Below are positions 25,824 to 35,960 of a DNA stretch of 45,389 nucleotides, piece after piece. Within the stretch, counting starts at the first letter, position 1, and each line of letters starts with the position of its first letter. Under the pieces are notes generated by a model. It searched no databases, was not told where the DNA came from, and saw only the letters and a program-made list of their open reading frames with translations. Position numbers and translations under genes: made by a program. The DNA comes from Elusimicrobiota bacterium (lineage in GTDB: Bacteria > CG03 > SLGR01 > JBDRKX01): the NCBI GenBank assembly GCA_043813605.1, contig JBDRKX010000114.1, forward strand, positions 1-45,389. The letters run 5' to 3'.

Positions 25824-26899
25824 CTATATTTTTTCCCATGATTTCTTTTTAGGTTTTTCCTTTGTCTTTTTTTCAGGCTCCTTTATCGTTTTTTTCTTAG
25901 TCTTTATCTTTGCTTTTTTAATTGCTTTTGTCCGTATTTTTTTTCCTTTAGATTTTTGCGGTGAAACCGATAAAAGCAGTTGGTGCCTGCTGTTTATGGC
26001 AGAATTAAGTATCATACCGTAATCCAGCTGAAACCACGAATATTTCATACCCATCCCCCAGCTGAAGTTTTTTATATTATAATTCACAGCATAGCCGAAC
26101 CTTGCAAAGAACATATCGCTGTATATGTATTCAAAACCAGTGCCCGCCTTAATATCATCATCCTCATTGGCTTTAATGCCTTCAGCCAGTATTTGCAGAC
26201 AATTCTGAGCATTGAACCTTAGAGGATACAATAAGCCCGCCCTCATTACCAAAGGCAGCGGGTCGGCTATTGTATTATACGTTACTTTTCCTCCGAGGTT
26301 TTTAACCGATCCGCCGAGATTAATCCCTCCGGAATACATCTTTTTCGTCATTTTCTCTTTACCCATTTTAAATAAACCTGTTTTATAGAAAATACCTGCA
26401 TCGAAAGCCGTTGCTGAAGCAGAGAATTCCTCTACGAGCGTTGAGGAATATAATTTAGGCGTTATCCCGCAGTATAACCTATTAAAAAGCTTTTTAGCGA
26501 TAAACAGAGAGAACACATAATCAGTCTGGGCAGTCAATGTCTTATCGTGAAGTTCATCTCCGCGGTCATTTATGGTTATCTTGCCGCCCTGGTAAGTTGT
26601 AGCAGTTAAAGCAATACTCACGGATTTAAACGATTTTCCCATTCCCAGATAATATATCCCGGCATCATCGAAAGCATTATCATATAACATGGAAATATGA
26701 AATGCGGATATTGTAGCCAGTATGGCAGGATTATAATTTATCGAACTGAAATCCTATCTATAGCAGCGCCGCAGTCACCTAGAGCCTGTTGTCTCGGACC
26801 CATACAATACTTCAGTATTGTCGCCGCAGAAGTACCTGTAGAATAAGCGGGAAAAACAGCCAGCAGTAAAAAACAGCATACAGATATAAAAAACTTCAT
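25824..26899 (-). pseudogene. PorV/PorQ-like outer-membrane beta-barrel, split by a 1-nt deletion near 26753-26756 (real lesion or assembly error)
   Basis: ATG 26899 gives a signal peptide plus TSAATILKYCMGPRQQALG. A shifted frame continues DFSSINYNPAILA into the 25824..26690 ORF (AFDAG, SVKNLG, DPLP, GFEY..FARFGY). Confidence 0.75.
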
Positions 26900-26903
26900 C
26901 TCT

Positions 26904-29219
26904 CTATTTAACCACTATTACTTTTTGCGTATCTTCTTTACTTCCTGACTGCACATTTACAAAATAAACACCGCTTGCCACCACATCACCGCCATCGGTA
27001 TACCCATACCATCTTTGAATACTCTCACTGCCCATAGTAACATACTGGTCAAATACAACTTTAACCAGTTCACCCAGTATATTGAATATCCTTATCTTCA
27101 CATTTGCATCCTTTTCCAGCGCATACCAAATCTCGACCGCATCATTTTCCGAACCCGGATTTCTTATTATATTATTATTAATCTTTAGCAGTTCCACGAT
27201 CTTTATACCGGCGCTCCATTCTGTCCAGGCAGTATAATGCGGAGACCCCGATACCCACAGGCCGTCCGGATCATCTGCAGTGCCGTAAGTGCCGGGCTTG
27301 TATATGCTTATTGGAATAGCCTGTTCATAACCGTGCCGGGCTTTTACTCTTGCATAATAAGTACTGTCAATGTTCCCTTCAATTTCATACGTAGCGCTCC
27401 CGTCGGATTGCCAAACCTTTTCGGTCATATTTTCCGAGATCTCCTTATCAACAACCAATGTCTCGTTCCCCACCCCGTCTAGTTCCCTGATCTCAAGATA
27501 ACACCCGTATATCCCTGTCTCGGGATCATCTGCCGTGCCCTTTGTCCAGGTAAATGTCAGATCTTTTGTATATGTAAACATGCTTTCTTCAAGAGGCACT
27601 GTAGGCATGCCTGTAGGCGTTGTGGAATCAATAAAAACCTGCTGCACTGACCAGCCGGCGCCATATGATTCAGCCCATGTAAACCCTAATGAAGTATCTA
27701 TTGACTGTACTGCCCAATAATAGTTTGAACCTGAAATATTCAGTACCCTTATATTTTTATGAGCGCTGACATCTAAACGGCCTGCGGCTATATCAGGGTC
27801 GCTGACAGTACTGGAAGTAACTTTTGTCATATAATTTCCAAGAAGCGGCGAACCGTATCTTGCAGGCACTAAATCGCCAGTACCGGAAGATGATCCTATC
27901 CTGAAATTGTAATATAGACCCTGTATCGGAGTTTCTTCACTGCCCGGCGCCGGATCATCCCACATAATATAAAGCTTTTTATTGTAATACCTTGAATGGA
28001 AAACTGTAGCCTGCGGCGGTATTATGTTTGGAGTGGTAACAGCTTTATCATTGTCATAAATCTTTGTCATTTGATCCGTACTTTCAGTTGCACCTGTTAA
28101 AATTATATCCAGGTCCCGGTCATTATCATAATCACAAAAAGCTATACCCCCTCTTTCCACACCGTCACCGGCTGCAGTTAATGTAGAGACAACAACAAAA
28201 TTCGCACCTCCATTATTTTGATATACCCATGCCAAAAAATCGGCATTATCTCTTTTCCCGCAAGTAATTAAATCCAGGTCGCCATCGTTATCATAATCTC
28301 CCCAGGCCATTTTACTGAAATTTATTCCTGTAAGAGTTGCCGTACTTTCAAATGTTCCACTGCCGCTGTTACGGTAAACTTTACATCTTCTAATTGCACC
28401 TCCTGGAGTATCATATCCGCTTATTGCAAAATCCAGGTACCCGTCATTGTCATAGTCTCCCCATATAAAACAGCCAGCCGTCATACCTGTTATCCCGGCG
28501 CTGATATCAGTAAATGTGCCATTTCCGTTGTTTTTATAAATATTACTGTATTCATAATCCGCATCTCTCCCTGTTAATGCCAAATCAAGAAATCCGTCAT
28601 TATTATAATCCCCCCAGGCCACATCACTGTCAGTTACACCTTTAAGATTACTGATCCCGCTGTCAGTAAAACCGCCGGCGCCATCATTTTTATAAATAAT
28701 CGCAAAATAATATGGGAATGTATTACTTGTACCTGTAAGCGCAAGATCAAGATCTCCGTCATTATCATAGTCTCCCCAGGCAAGCGCGCTGGAAAAAACT
28801 TTCTGCAAACTGATTCCGCTGTCAGTAAAAACTCCGTCAACATTATTATATATCTTTGTCATCCCGACACTGTCTCCGACATGCCCGGCAATAGCCAAAT
28901 CCAGGTCCCCGTCATTATCATAGTCTCCCCAGTCTAAATCTCCAGAATATATCCCCTCACCAAGATCCTGCGCTAACGTAAAGTCACCTGATCCATTATT
29001 CCGGTAAACTGATGTCTTTCTGGCCGATGATGCAGTTGCATACTTCCCGCTGATTGCAAAGTCATAATATCCGTCATTGTCATAGTCTCCCCAGGCAACT
29101 ACGCTATCCTCATATCCGATTATTGTAATACCTGAATCTGAGAATCCTGCATACAAAGAATTGTTTACAAATAGGATTAGAACTATTAATAGCGCAGTTT
29201 TAATTGATTGAAATTTCAT
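26904..29219 (-). CDS. Secreted FG-GAP/VCBS beta-propeller protein with C-terminal FlgD-Ig / T9SS type A-like sorting domain
   Basis: Signal peptide; seven (W/C)GDYDNDG-type repeats; C-terminus IRIFNILGELVK...ASGVYFV...KVIVVK. Confidence 0.88.
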   Translation of the reverse strand: MKFQSIKTALLIVLILFVNNSLYAGFSDSGITIIGYEDSVVAWGDYDNDGYYDFAISGKYATASSARKTSVYRNNGSGDFTLAQDLGEGIYSGDLDWGDYDNDGDLDLAIAGHVGDSVGMTKIYNNVDGVFTDSGISLQKVFSSALAWGDYDNDGDLDLALTGTSNTFPYYFAIIYKNDGAGGFTDSGISNLKGVTDSDVAWGDYNNDGFLDLALTGRDADYEYSNIYKNNGNGTFTDISAGITGMTAGCFIWGDYDNDGYLDFAISGYDTPGGAIRRCKVYRNSGSGTFESTATLTGINFSKMAWGDYDNDGDLDLITCGKRDNADFLAWVYQNNGGANFVVVSTLTAAGDGVERGGIAFCDYDNDRDLDIILTGATESTDQMTKIYDNDKAVTTPNIIPPQATVFHSRYYNKKLYIMWDDPAPGSEETPIQGLYYNFRIGSSSGTGDLVPARYGSPLLGNYMTKVTSSTVSDPDIAAGRLDVSAHKNIRVLNISGSNYYWAVQSIDTSLGFTWAESYGAGWSVQQVFIDSTTPTGMPTVPLEESMFTYTKDLTFTWTKGTADDPETGIYGCYLEIRELDGVGNETLVVDKEISENMTEKVWQSDGSATYEIEGNIDSTYYARVKARHGYEQAIPISIYKPGTYGTADDPDGLWVSGSPHYTAWTEWSAGIKIVELLKINNNIIRNPGSENDAVEIWYALEKDANVKIRIFNILGELVKVVFDQYVTMGSESIQRWYGYTDGGDVVASGVYFVNVQSGSKEDTQKVIVVK

Positions 29220-30441
29220 TCCAGGAAATCAGGTCTACAGTACCGCTGCTTGCGCCGCCGCCGGGAAGCTCCCACGCAGGTTCAGCATATTCAATTGTCA
29301 TATTCTTACTGGCGCTTATATCGCCGCCAGTATCAATTACACCTTTAAGATGTAATTCTTTGGATATATCAACATCTGCTTCGCCCACGATAACGCCCTC
29401 TATATAACAGGTCTTTTTAATATTTATATCCTGACTACTCCAAGCGCCGCCTGTAACACAGAGGTTCACCTGTGCATAATCATCTACTGTTCCAAGTTCC
29501 TTATCAATATTAATACCGTAGAGACCGGAACCATCGGTAACGATTATAGTGCCTGATCCGACAAGCACAGCAGTGGCTTGAATATCCACCGGGCCCTTAT
29601 ACCACCACACCTTATCGTCAAGATCAAAAGTACCGGAAATAGTAGCTCCACCTGCATTTTCAACAACATTATCCCCGTCAAGAAGCGCATCAACATTAAA
29701 CTGAGGAAAACTTTCAGCAGGTATAGGCGTTAGTTCCTCAGGTGTGCCTGTTAAATTATCATGATGCACAGGCCAGTGCGCATTTCCCTGATTTACTATT
29801 GCTCCATTTGCATATACATGCGGATCACCACCGCTAAATGCAGTAAAATCACCTGAAAAAGTCACAGAACCGCACGCATATACCTTGCCGTCATTTGCAC
29901 CAGCTTCACTGTCGTCAATTGTTGTCCCCTCAGTTAATGTGACATTTCCATTACTCCATATACCGCCTTTATAAGTCATATCCTTAGCTATACTGATATC
30001 ACCGCCTGATCTGATAGCAAACCCATCAGTATATGGAGGATCAGGCTCAGCTAATAGAACAACAGCACGTACCTTTCTCCTTGTTCTGTATGAAGATATG
30101 GAAGGAATATTCCCTATAGAATCTATCTGGTATCGATTACCGCCGAGATTGGTTATATCAACATCATATTCGCCTACTATACTTCCAGTTGCGCCTCCGA
30201 CAGTACCGGTAAAATCACTGTTGTTTCCTGCTTTCATTCTTATTACAGCTTTCTCAACACCTGCATCAGCAATAAATAATGCAGATTCCCCCATCCGGCC
30301 GCCTACTTCATTTCTTGTTTCAGTACGCGACATATAAATCATAGCCTGACCTAAAAACACAATCACCAGCATTAAAAGCATTACCGCGATCAGCGCTGTA
30401 CCTTTATTTTTGCGTTTAATATCCATTATATCCTCCCGCAT
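29200..30441 (-). CDS. PilX-like minor pilin with a large beta-rich C-terminal domain
   Basis: KG|TALIA lacking Glu5, ALFIADAGVEKA, IDSIG, terminal SWNE. Confidence 0.8.
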   Translation of the reverse strand: MREDIMDIKRKNKGTALIAVMLLMLVIVFLGQAMIYMSRTETRNEVGGRMGESALFIADAGVEKAVIRMKAGNNSDFTGTVGGATGSIVGEYDVDITNLGGNRYQIDSIGNIPSISSYRTRRKVRAVVLLAEPDPPYTDGFAIRSGGDISIAKDMTYKGGIWSNGNVTLTEGTTIDDSEAGANDGKVYACGSVTFSGDFTAFSGGDPHVYANGAIVNQGNAHWPVHHDNLTGTPEELTPIPAESFPQFNVDALLDGDNVVENAGGATISGTFDLDDKVWWYKGPVDIQATAVLVGSGTIIVTDGSGLYGINIDKELGTVDDYAQVNLCVTGGAWSSQDINIKKTCYIEGVIVGEADVDISKELHLKGVIDTGGDISASKNMTIEYAEPAWELPGGGASSGTVDLISWNEISIN

Positions 30442-30447
30442 AAATTC

Positions 30448-30846
30448 TCATTCCGGTCCTGTGTAGTCGGCAACAAGAGAAACAATTCTAACATTTTTAT
30501 TTTTCCCCAGTTCTGTCCAGCTTATTGTTACTGCTATCTCTTTCAGACTGTCTTCCAGTTCCGAAACAATAATTACGCGCGAAAACTCTTTAGTTTCACC
30601 CAGGACTTCTGTTTCTGTAGTCCAGGTGCCTGTAGATATATCATCATAATAGTATGTCTTCACATCTTCCATACCGTCAGCTGCCCAATTGGAGGCAAGA
30701 GTATACATTTTTGATTGAGTGAGCGCCATGTTATTTTTCATAAAAACCTGTGTAAATGCCAGTAAAATATATCCTAGAATCGCTATTGCGATCATTATCT
30801 CCAAAAGGGTAACACCACTGTTTTTCCGCAATTGTTTCTGTATCAT
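30448..30846 (-). CDS. PilV-like minor pilin (ORF track start 30885; likely start 30846)
   Basis: SG|VTLLEIMIA, ASNWAADGMEDVK, LKEIAVTISW. Confidence 0.8.
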   Translation of the reverse strand: MIQKQLRKNSGVTLLEIMIAIAILGYILLAFTQVFMKNNMALTQSKMYTLASNWAADGMEDVKTYYYDDISTGTWTTETEVLGETKEFSRVIIVSELEDSLKEIAVTISWTELGKNKNVRIVSLVADYTGPE

Positions 30847-30912
30847 GCTTATATTAATACTAATTAACCAAATGAAATTATTCAATGTGATTTCTTTAGT
30901 TTTTACAGATTT

Positions 30913-31317
30913 TCAGGCTGATTTCCCGAGTGTGATTTCTCCTGACGCGGCAATACTGCCATTTACATTCACCTCGCCCGAGAACCTGTACATACCGTCT
31001 TTTTCATCAGTGAGATTTACTTTTATCTCAAGTTTATCTCCCGGCTCAATGGTCCTTCGGAATTTCATCTTATTCACTTTTTTCAACGCAACTCTGTCTT
31101 TTTTCAGTATAACCATGGATGTCTGGGTAATACTCTCTATTATGAGTACCCCCGGCATTACCGGCCGGTCGGGAAAATGGCCTTCAAAATAGTATTCGTC
31201 ACCTGTCAGTTTTTTATATCCCCTACCCGATTTCCCCTCCTCGTCTATTTCGACTTCGTCAAGCATCAGAAACGGATCCCTGTATGGGATTATTTTCTCT
31301 ATCTCGTTTTTATTCAT
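30913..31317 (-). CDS. fabZ: 3-hydroxyacyl-ACP dehydratase
   Basis: IPYRDPFLMLD, FEGHFPDRPVMPGVLIIE, KFRRTIEPGD. Confidence 0.93.
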   Translation of the reverse strand: MNKNEIEKIIPYRDPFLMLDEVEIDEEGKSGRGYKKLTGDEYYFEGHFPDRPVMPGVLIIESITQTSMVILKKDRVALKKVNKMKFRRTIEPGDKLEIKVNLTDEKDGMYRFSGEVNVNGSIAASGEITLGKSA

Positions 31318-31329
31318 AACAATACCTTT

Positions 31330-32319
31330 CTATTTGGATTCAAAAAAATTAGTATATATAATGCCTTCATCCGTTTCGACTCCGTAAAGAGTTATGTTTC
31401 TGCCCACCAGCGCTTCCAGTTCGGGAGTTTCTTCTCTCTTTAATGAAGGTCTCAGCAATTCGTATCTGAAGCCCTGGCCGCGGAGTATATAAGCATCTTC
31501 TTCTTTCTTGAGCTTCCCCCTGTAGAGCCTTGCGAATCTGTAGGGATCCATATTTGCAAGTGCCCAGGATACATAGTTTTTCACTATACTCGAAGTACTG
31601 TCCGATTCTTCCTGCAGGGCCATTATCAGGTCCTCATCATCATACATGGATATCAGATACAGCAGCTTTTTCTTCAGGAAAACATCCGCGCGCTTATACA
31701 TACTGATAAGTTTAGCGCTTTTAATACTGCCCATATTGTATATGGCCTTCGATATCTCCTTTGCAACTTCCATCTTTGGTTCTGTCTCCAACGCTTCCAC
31801 CATAAAATCAATATGCCGGGTTATACTGTCGGGATCGATGCTTTTGGCTGCCCTGCCTATCGCCTGCGCCGCATTCTGCCTCAGTTCGGTTATCTTTGAA
31901 TGCCTCAGGAGTTCCTTGAGTTTCTCCATAGCATCCGGACTGGAAAACTCTTTCAGCTCCGCTATTACCTCTGACGGGGAGAAAAATCTGCTGTTCCCCA
32001 TTTCATCAATAATGGCCCCTATCTCTTGTATAGCCTTGCTGATATTATCATTACTGTGCAGAATACGCACCTGATAGATCCTTGATCTGTAAGCCCATTC
32101 CGTCTCCGGATGTTCTTTTATTATATTCTTAAATTTCTTGCCGGCCTTTTTATATTCACCTTCATTATAAAGCTCTACGCCGGCTGTAAACTCGGGAAGT
32201 TCTTCAGACTCTGTTTCCATAGAAACGGGTGTATTCTCTTCTGCTGCAGCGTATCCTGACAGTACAGCGGAGATCAGATTTAATAATATTATTGATGAAA
32301 TAATTCTCTTGAAATTCAT
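31330..32319 (-). CDS. Exported TPR + HEAT-repeat protein
   Basis: Signal peptide, YNEGEYKKA...HPETEWA TPR, LRQNAAQAIG and VSWALANM HEAT-like helices. Confidence 0.7.
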   Translation of the reverse strand: MNFKRIISSIILLNLISAVLSGYAAAEENTPVSMETESEELPEFTAGVELYNEGEYKKAGKKFKNIIKEHPETEWAYRSRIYQVRILHSNDNISKAIQEIGAIIDEMGNSRFFSPSEVIAELKEFSSPDAMEKLKELLRHSKITELRQNAAQAIGRAAKSIDPDSITRHIDFMVEALETEPKMEVAKEISKAIYNMGSIKSAKLISMYKRADVFLKKKLLYLISMYDDEDLIMALQEESDSTSSIVKNYVSWALANMDPYRFARLYRGKLKKEEDAYILRGQGFRYELLRPSLKREETPELEALVGRNITLYGVETDEGIIYTNFFESK

Positions 32320-32358
32320 ATTACTTCACGGATTATATAAAAAATCAGCTCTATTATC

Positions 32359-32401
32359 AAAAAGAACAGCCCCTCCTACTGTAATAAAGTAAAAGGGGCT
32401 G
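32359..32401 (-). terminator. Rho-independent terminator after the small basic protein gene
   Basis: cagcccct...aggggctg stem; on the minus strand it is followed by TTCTTTTT. Confidence 0.75.
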
Positions 32402-32430
32402 GTCGAATAATTAGTTATATATAACGCTAA

Positions 32431-32676
32431 TTATCTTTTTTTTCTTTTTTTGCCTCTTCCTCTGGCCATTTTTGCCCTGGCAACATCACCGTCTCTGTCG
32501 ACGTAATAGAGATAGCCGGATTCTTTCTTGGCGCCGATTTTAGCTACTTTCTTGGCTCTGCCTTTGCCTTTTCCGCCGCGAGCCATCTTCACTTCAGATA
32601 CATCGCCCTGTTTGTCGACGTAATACAGAAAACCTGACTGCTTCTTCACACCGGCTTTCGCTACTTTTTGTCCCAT
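32431..32676 (-). CDS. 81-aa very basic protein made of two tandem ~38-aa repeats; possible Cc1-like chromatin/nucleic-acid-binding protein
   Basis: KVAKAGVKKQSGFLYYVDKQGDVSEVKMARG / KVAKIGAKKESGYLYYVDRDGDVARAKMARG; AAGGAGG RBS; own promoter and terminator. Confidence 0.75.
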   Translation of the reverse strand: MGQKVAKAGVKKQSGFLYYVDKQGDVSEVKMARGGKGKGRAKKVAKIGAKKESGYLYYVDRDGDVARAKMARGRGKKRKKR

Positions 32677-32719
32677 AGTTTCCTCCTTCAGATACCACTC
32701 TCAAAACCGTATTTCTTAC

Positions 32720-32796
32720 CGTCGATGCTCTCGTCAATATTATCGTCGATACATCGTCGATAACATTCTAATAGCAAATTTTTACACATATGTCAA
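32720..32796 (-). promoter_or_regulatory. Promoter plus four periodic AT(C/T)GACG repeats in the leader of the basic protein gene
   Basis: TTGACA-17-TATTAG; + strand cgtc(g/a)at at 32720, 32732, 32744 and 32755. Confidence 0.6.
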
Positions 32797-33761
32797 TAGT
32801 TTTTTAAGAACCGTTCCCAGCTCTTCTGTAACCGGGGCGTAAGCCATAAAGACATCAGGCCTACAAGAACACCTGCGGCGACATCGGATACATAATGATA
32901 CCTGTTATAAACGACCGCTACACAGAGCACTGAAACGAATGGCAGATACCAGAGAAAAACCTTTCTTCTGTATATCCACATCATCATCATGCAGACGAAC
33001 GCCACCGCAATATGCGACGACGGCATACATCCGCCGTGGAGAGAACCGTATCTCATTATCAGATCCTGCAGACGAGTAAAAGCATAACCGTCGAGAGCCC
33101 TGGTCTGCTTACCGGCAACGTCATCTTCGACATAAGGCCCGTAATAATCTCCTACTGTTACTACATAATCCCTGGTGTATTTATCGTATAATGTGTAGCG
33201 CGGGCCCCTGACGGGAACAACTATAAAACCGATATATGATATATAGAAAGCCAGACAAACTGTTGACAGGTACCTTACATATTCTTTTTTTGTTCCGCTG
33301 ACATATAATATACCCGCGCCGGCCCATATCATCAGGTAATAGGAAAAATAATCGAACTTCATTATCTCTGTTACAACAGGACTGACGAATCTTTCCAGCC
33401 ACAGAGTCGGATGAGCGCCGAATATCATTATCTCAAAATCCATTATTGCCCGGTCAGCCCATTCAGGTACAAGGATATGCGTAAAAGCATTTATCTCCTT
33501 GTAATTAAATGCAAAGAGCAATATCGGATAGAACCATCTTAAAAAAACCAAGGACTTATTCTTTGAACCGGCAAGCATAGGTACAAAAACAACAATAAGG
33601 CTTATCACGGCGACATGAACAGCTATATACATATACCAGTAGGTTACGCCATGATGAAAAAACAAGAGGAACACACTTAAAATAACCATATATCCGACAA
33701 ACAACGCATCTATCAGCGTATAATCGTTTATGGAGTATTTTTTTCTGTTATCCGGATCCAC
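32793..33761 (-). CDS. PAP2-family membrane phosphatase
   Basis: PVRGPRY, MPSSH, RYHYVSDVAAG; multiple TMs. Confidence 0.88.
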   Translation of the reverse strand: MDPDNRKKYSINDYTLIDALFVGYMVILSVFLLFFHHGVTYWYMYIAVHVAVISLIVVFVPMLAGSKNKSLVFLRWFYPILLFAFNYKEINAFTHILVPEWADRAIMDFEIMIFGAHPTLWLERFVSPVVTEIMKFDYFSYYLMIWAGAGILYVSGTKKEYVRYLSTVCLAFYISYIGFIVVPVRGPRYTLYDKYTRDYVVTVGDYYGPYVEDDVAGKQTRALDGYAFTRLQDLIMRYGSLHGGCMPSSHIAVAFVCMMMMWIYRRKVFLWYLPFVSVLCVAVVYNRYHYVSDVAAGVLVGLMSLWLTPRLQKSWERFLKNY

Positions 33762-34098
33762 CGATTATTTCCTCCGTGATGATCTCTACTATCCTGTCAT
33801 TCTCTACGGCGCGCGTTTCATCGAACATCACACCCGCCATGTATTTCTCATCTGTTTTTTCTGTCCACCTGATATAACCCGCAAGTATTTTCGGTTCCTT
33901 CCCGGAATTTTCTATCTCAATACTCAACAGCATTCCGCTATACAGTTTCGTGTCAACTTCCAGCAGCACACCGTCTGCACCTATATCTAAAAGCGCGCCG
34001 TTTGCCGAAGGCACAGCCACATCCGATGTTTTTATAACTGCAGGAACATTATATTCTACTCTGACATAGCGTCTTGATTCGTTACCCTGCCTAATCAT
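33748..34098 (-). CDS. PilZ domain protein
   Basis: RRYVR and DIGADG (RxxxR, DxS/GxxG), YIRW, AGVMF. Confidence 0.8.
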   Translation of the reverse strand: MIRQGNESRRYVRVEYNVPAVIKTSDVAVPSANGALLDIGADGVLLEVDTKLYSGMLLSIEIENSGKEPKILAGYIRWTEKTDEKYMAGVMFDETRAVENDRIVEIITEEIIGGSG

Positions 34099-35960
34099 TA
34101 TATATCCCGGTTTCCCTGGGCTTTTTTCATATAGAACATCAGGCTGGTGACCGCGGCAGGCGTCACACCCGAAATCCTGAGAGCCTGCCCCAGCGTCCGC
34201 GGCCTTATATAAAAAAGCTTTTCCTTTATCTCGTTAGAAAGTCCTCCTATCAATGAATAATCCGTATCAGCAGGTATTTTCCACTGCTCCATCTTCTTCA
34301 TCTTTGCGATCTCAATACCCTGTTTTTTGATATATCCTTCATACTTGATCTCTATATCCAGTTCTTCTGCTATCTCAGGCTCAAGATCCTTCAGTTCCGG
34401 AAAGAACGCTTCCATTTCATTCCACTTTACTTCAGGCCGCTTGAGAAAATCTTTTAATCTGCAGGATCTTTCCATATTGAATTTCCGTGCCGGCTCGGTA
34501 TTTTTCAGGACTGTCAACCCGTCAAGGATAATACGCCCGGCTTCAAGTTTTTCCCTGTACCTGCTGAAACCGGCATATAATTTTTCCCCGACACTTTTAT
34601 ACCTGTAACCCGTATCTGTCAGCCTCAGATGTGAATTATCTTCCCTGAGGAGCAACCGGTACTCCGCGCGTGAAGTGAACATCCGGTAGGGTTCCCGGGT
34701 ACCTTTTGTTACCAGGTCGTCTATCAGTACACCTGTATACGCCTGGTCCCTGGATAGTATTAGCGGATCCATTCCCTTTATCGAAGCCGCCGCGTTTATA
34801 CCGGCTATCAATCCCTGTGCCGCTGCTTCCTCGTAGCCCGTAGTACCGTTGACCTGACCTGCAAGATACAGGTTTTTCAGTTTCTTTGTTTCAAGTGTAG
34901 CATCAAGCTCGGTCGGGTCTATGACATCGTGCTCTATGCCGTATCCGTAACGCACTATCCTGACTTTTTCAAGCCCTTTTATAGAACGGATGAATCTATC
35001 CTGCGTATCTTCGGGAAGACTGGTAGAAAGGCCGTTAGGGTAATACAGGTCCGTATTAAGTCCTTCCGGTTCAAGAAATACATGATGCCTTTCCATTTGC
35101 GGGAATTTCACGAGTTTATCCTCGATACTTGGACAGTATCTTACTCCCGTGCCTTCTATTATGCCAGTAAAAAGCGGGGACCGGTCAAAATCGGACCTGA
35201 TGATACCATGCGTGTCTGCATTGGTATACGTTATATGACAGGATACCTGCCGCCTGGTCAAACGGGATGTCAATATAGAAAAAGGCACCGGTACAGTGTC
35301 GCCATCCTGAACAGTCAGTCCGGAAAAATCTATAGTCCTGCCATCCAGCCGCGCGCAGGTACCGGTCTTGAAACGCAGCATCCTGAATCCCTCCTGCCTG
35401 AAAAAATCTGACAACCGGGAAGAGGCCCTTTCGTCTATCCGTCCACCCGGGAAACTCCTGAGGCCCACATGCATCATACCGTTAAGAAACGTTCCGGGTG
35501 TAACTATCACCGTATCCGCATCAATTTTGGCGCCGGTTTCTGTCTTTACTCCCGTTACCCGGCCGCTTTTAACTGAAAGAGCTGTGATACAGGTTTCCAT
35601 CAGATCCAGTCCCTTGTTATTCAATAGCGCCTTCTGGATATATTCCCTGTATAGTTCCCTGTCTTCCTGGGCCCGTGAAGACCTTACTGCCGGGCCCTTG
35701 GAAGCGTTGAGTCTTTTAAACTGTATGCCGCCGTGATCCGCTGCCCTGCCCATTATACCGCCTAAAGCGTCTATCTCTTTGACCAGATGCCCTTTTGCCA
35801 GTCCGCCTATGGCAGGATTACACGACATTGAACCTATACCGGAGATCCTGATATCGATAAGCAGAGTGCTGCAGCCGATCCTTGCCGCGGCAAGCGCCGC
35901 TTCAGTGCCCGCATGGCCGCCGCCTACTACGACAACTTCATAATGATCTTGATATTTCAT
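34098..35960 (-). CDS. mnmG: tRNA uridine-5-carboxymethylaminomethyl modification enzyme (ORF track start 36005; likely start 35960)
   Basis: VVVVGGGHAG, MSCNPAIGG, RYCPSIEDK, AGQVNGTTGYEEAAAQG, EPYRMFTSRAEYRL. Confidence 0.97.
   Translation of the reverse strand: MKYQDHYEVVVVGGGHAGTEAALAAARIGCSTLLIDIRISGIGSMSCNPAIGGLAKGHLVKEIDALGGIMGRAADHGGIQFKRLNASKGPAVRSSRAQEDRELYREYIQKALLNNKGLDLMETCITALSVKSGRVTGVKTETGAKIDADTVIVTPGTFLNGMMHVGLRSFPGGRIDERASSRLSDFFRQEGFRMLRFKTGTCARLDGRTIDFSGLTVQDGDTVPVPFSILTSRLTRRQVSCHITYTNADTHGIIRSDFDRSPLFTGIIEGTGVRYCPSIEDKLVKFPQMERHHVFLEPEGLNTDLYYPNGLSTSLPEDTQDRFIRSIKGLEKVRIVRYGYGIEHDVIDPTELDATLETKKLKNLYLAGQVNGTTGYEEAAAQGLIAGINAAASIKGMDPLILSRDQAYTGVLIDDLVTKGTREPYRMFTSRAEYRLLLREDNSHLRLTDTGYRYKSVGEKLYAGFSRYREKLEAGRIILDGLTVLKNTEPARKFNMERSCRLKDFLKRPEVKWNEMEAFFPELKDLEPEIAEELDIEIKYEGYIKKQGIEIAKMKKMEQWKIPADTDYSLIGGLSNEIKEKLFYIRPRTLGQALRISGVTPAAVTSLMFYMKKAQGNRDI

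Noticed and set aside
28090..29100. DNA repeats such as gtcattatcatagtctcccca
   Set aside because: Fully explained by the WGDYDNDG FG-GAP protein repeats.
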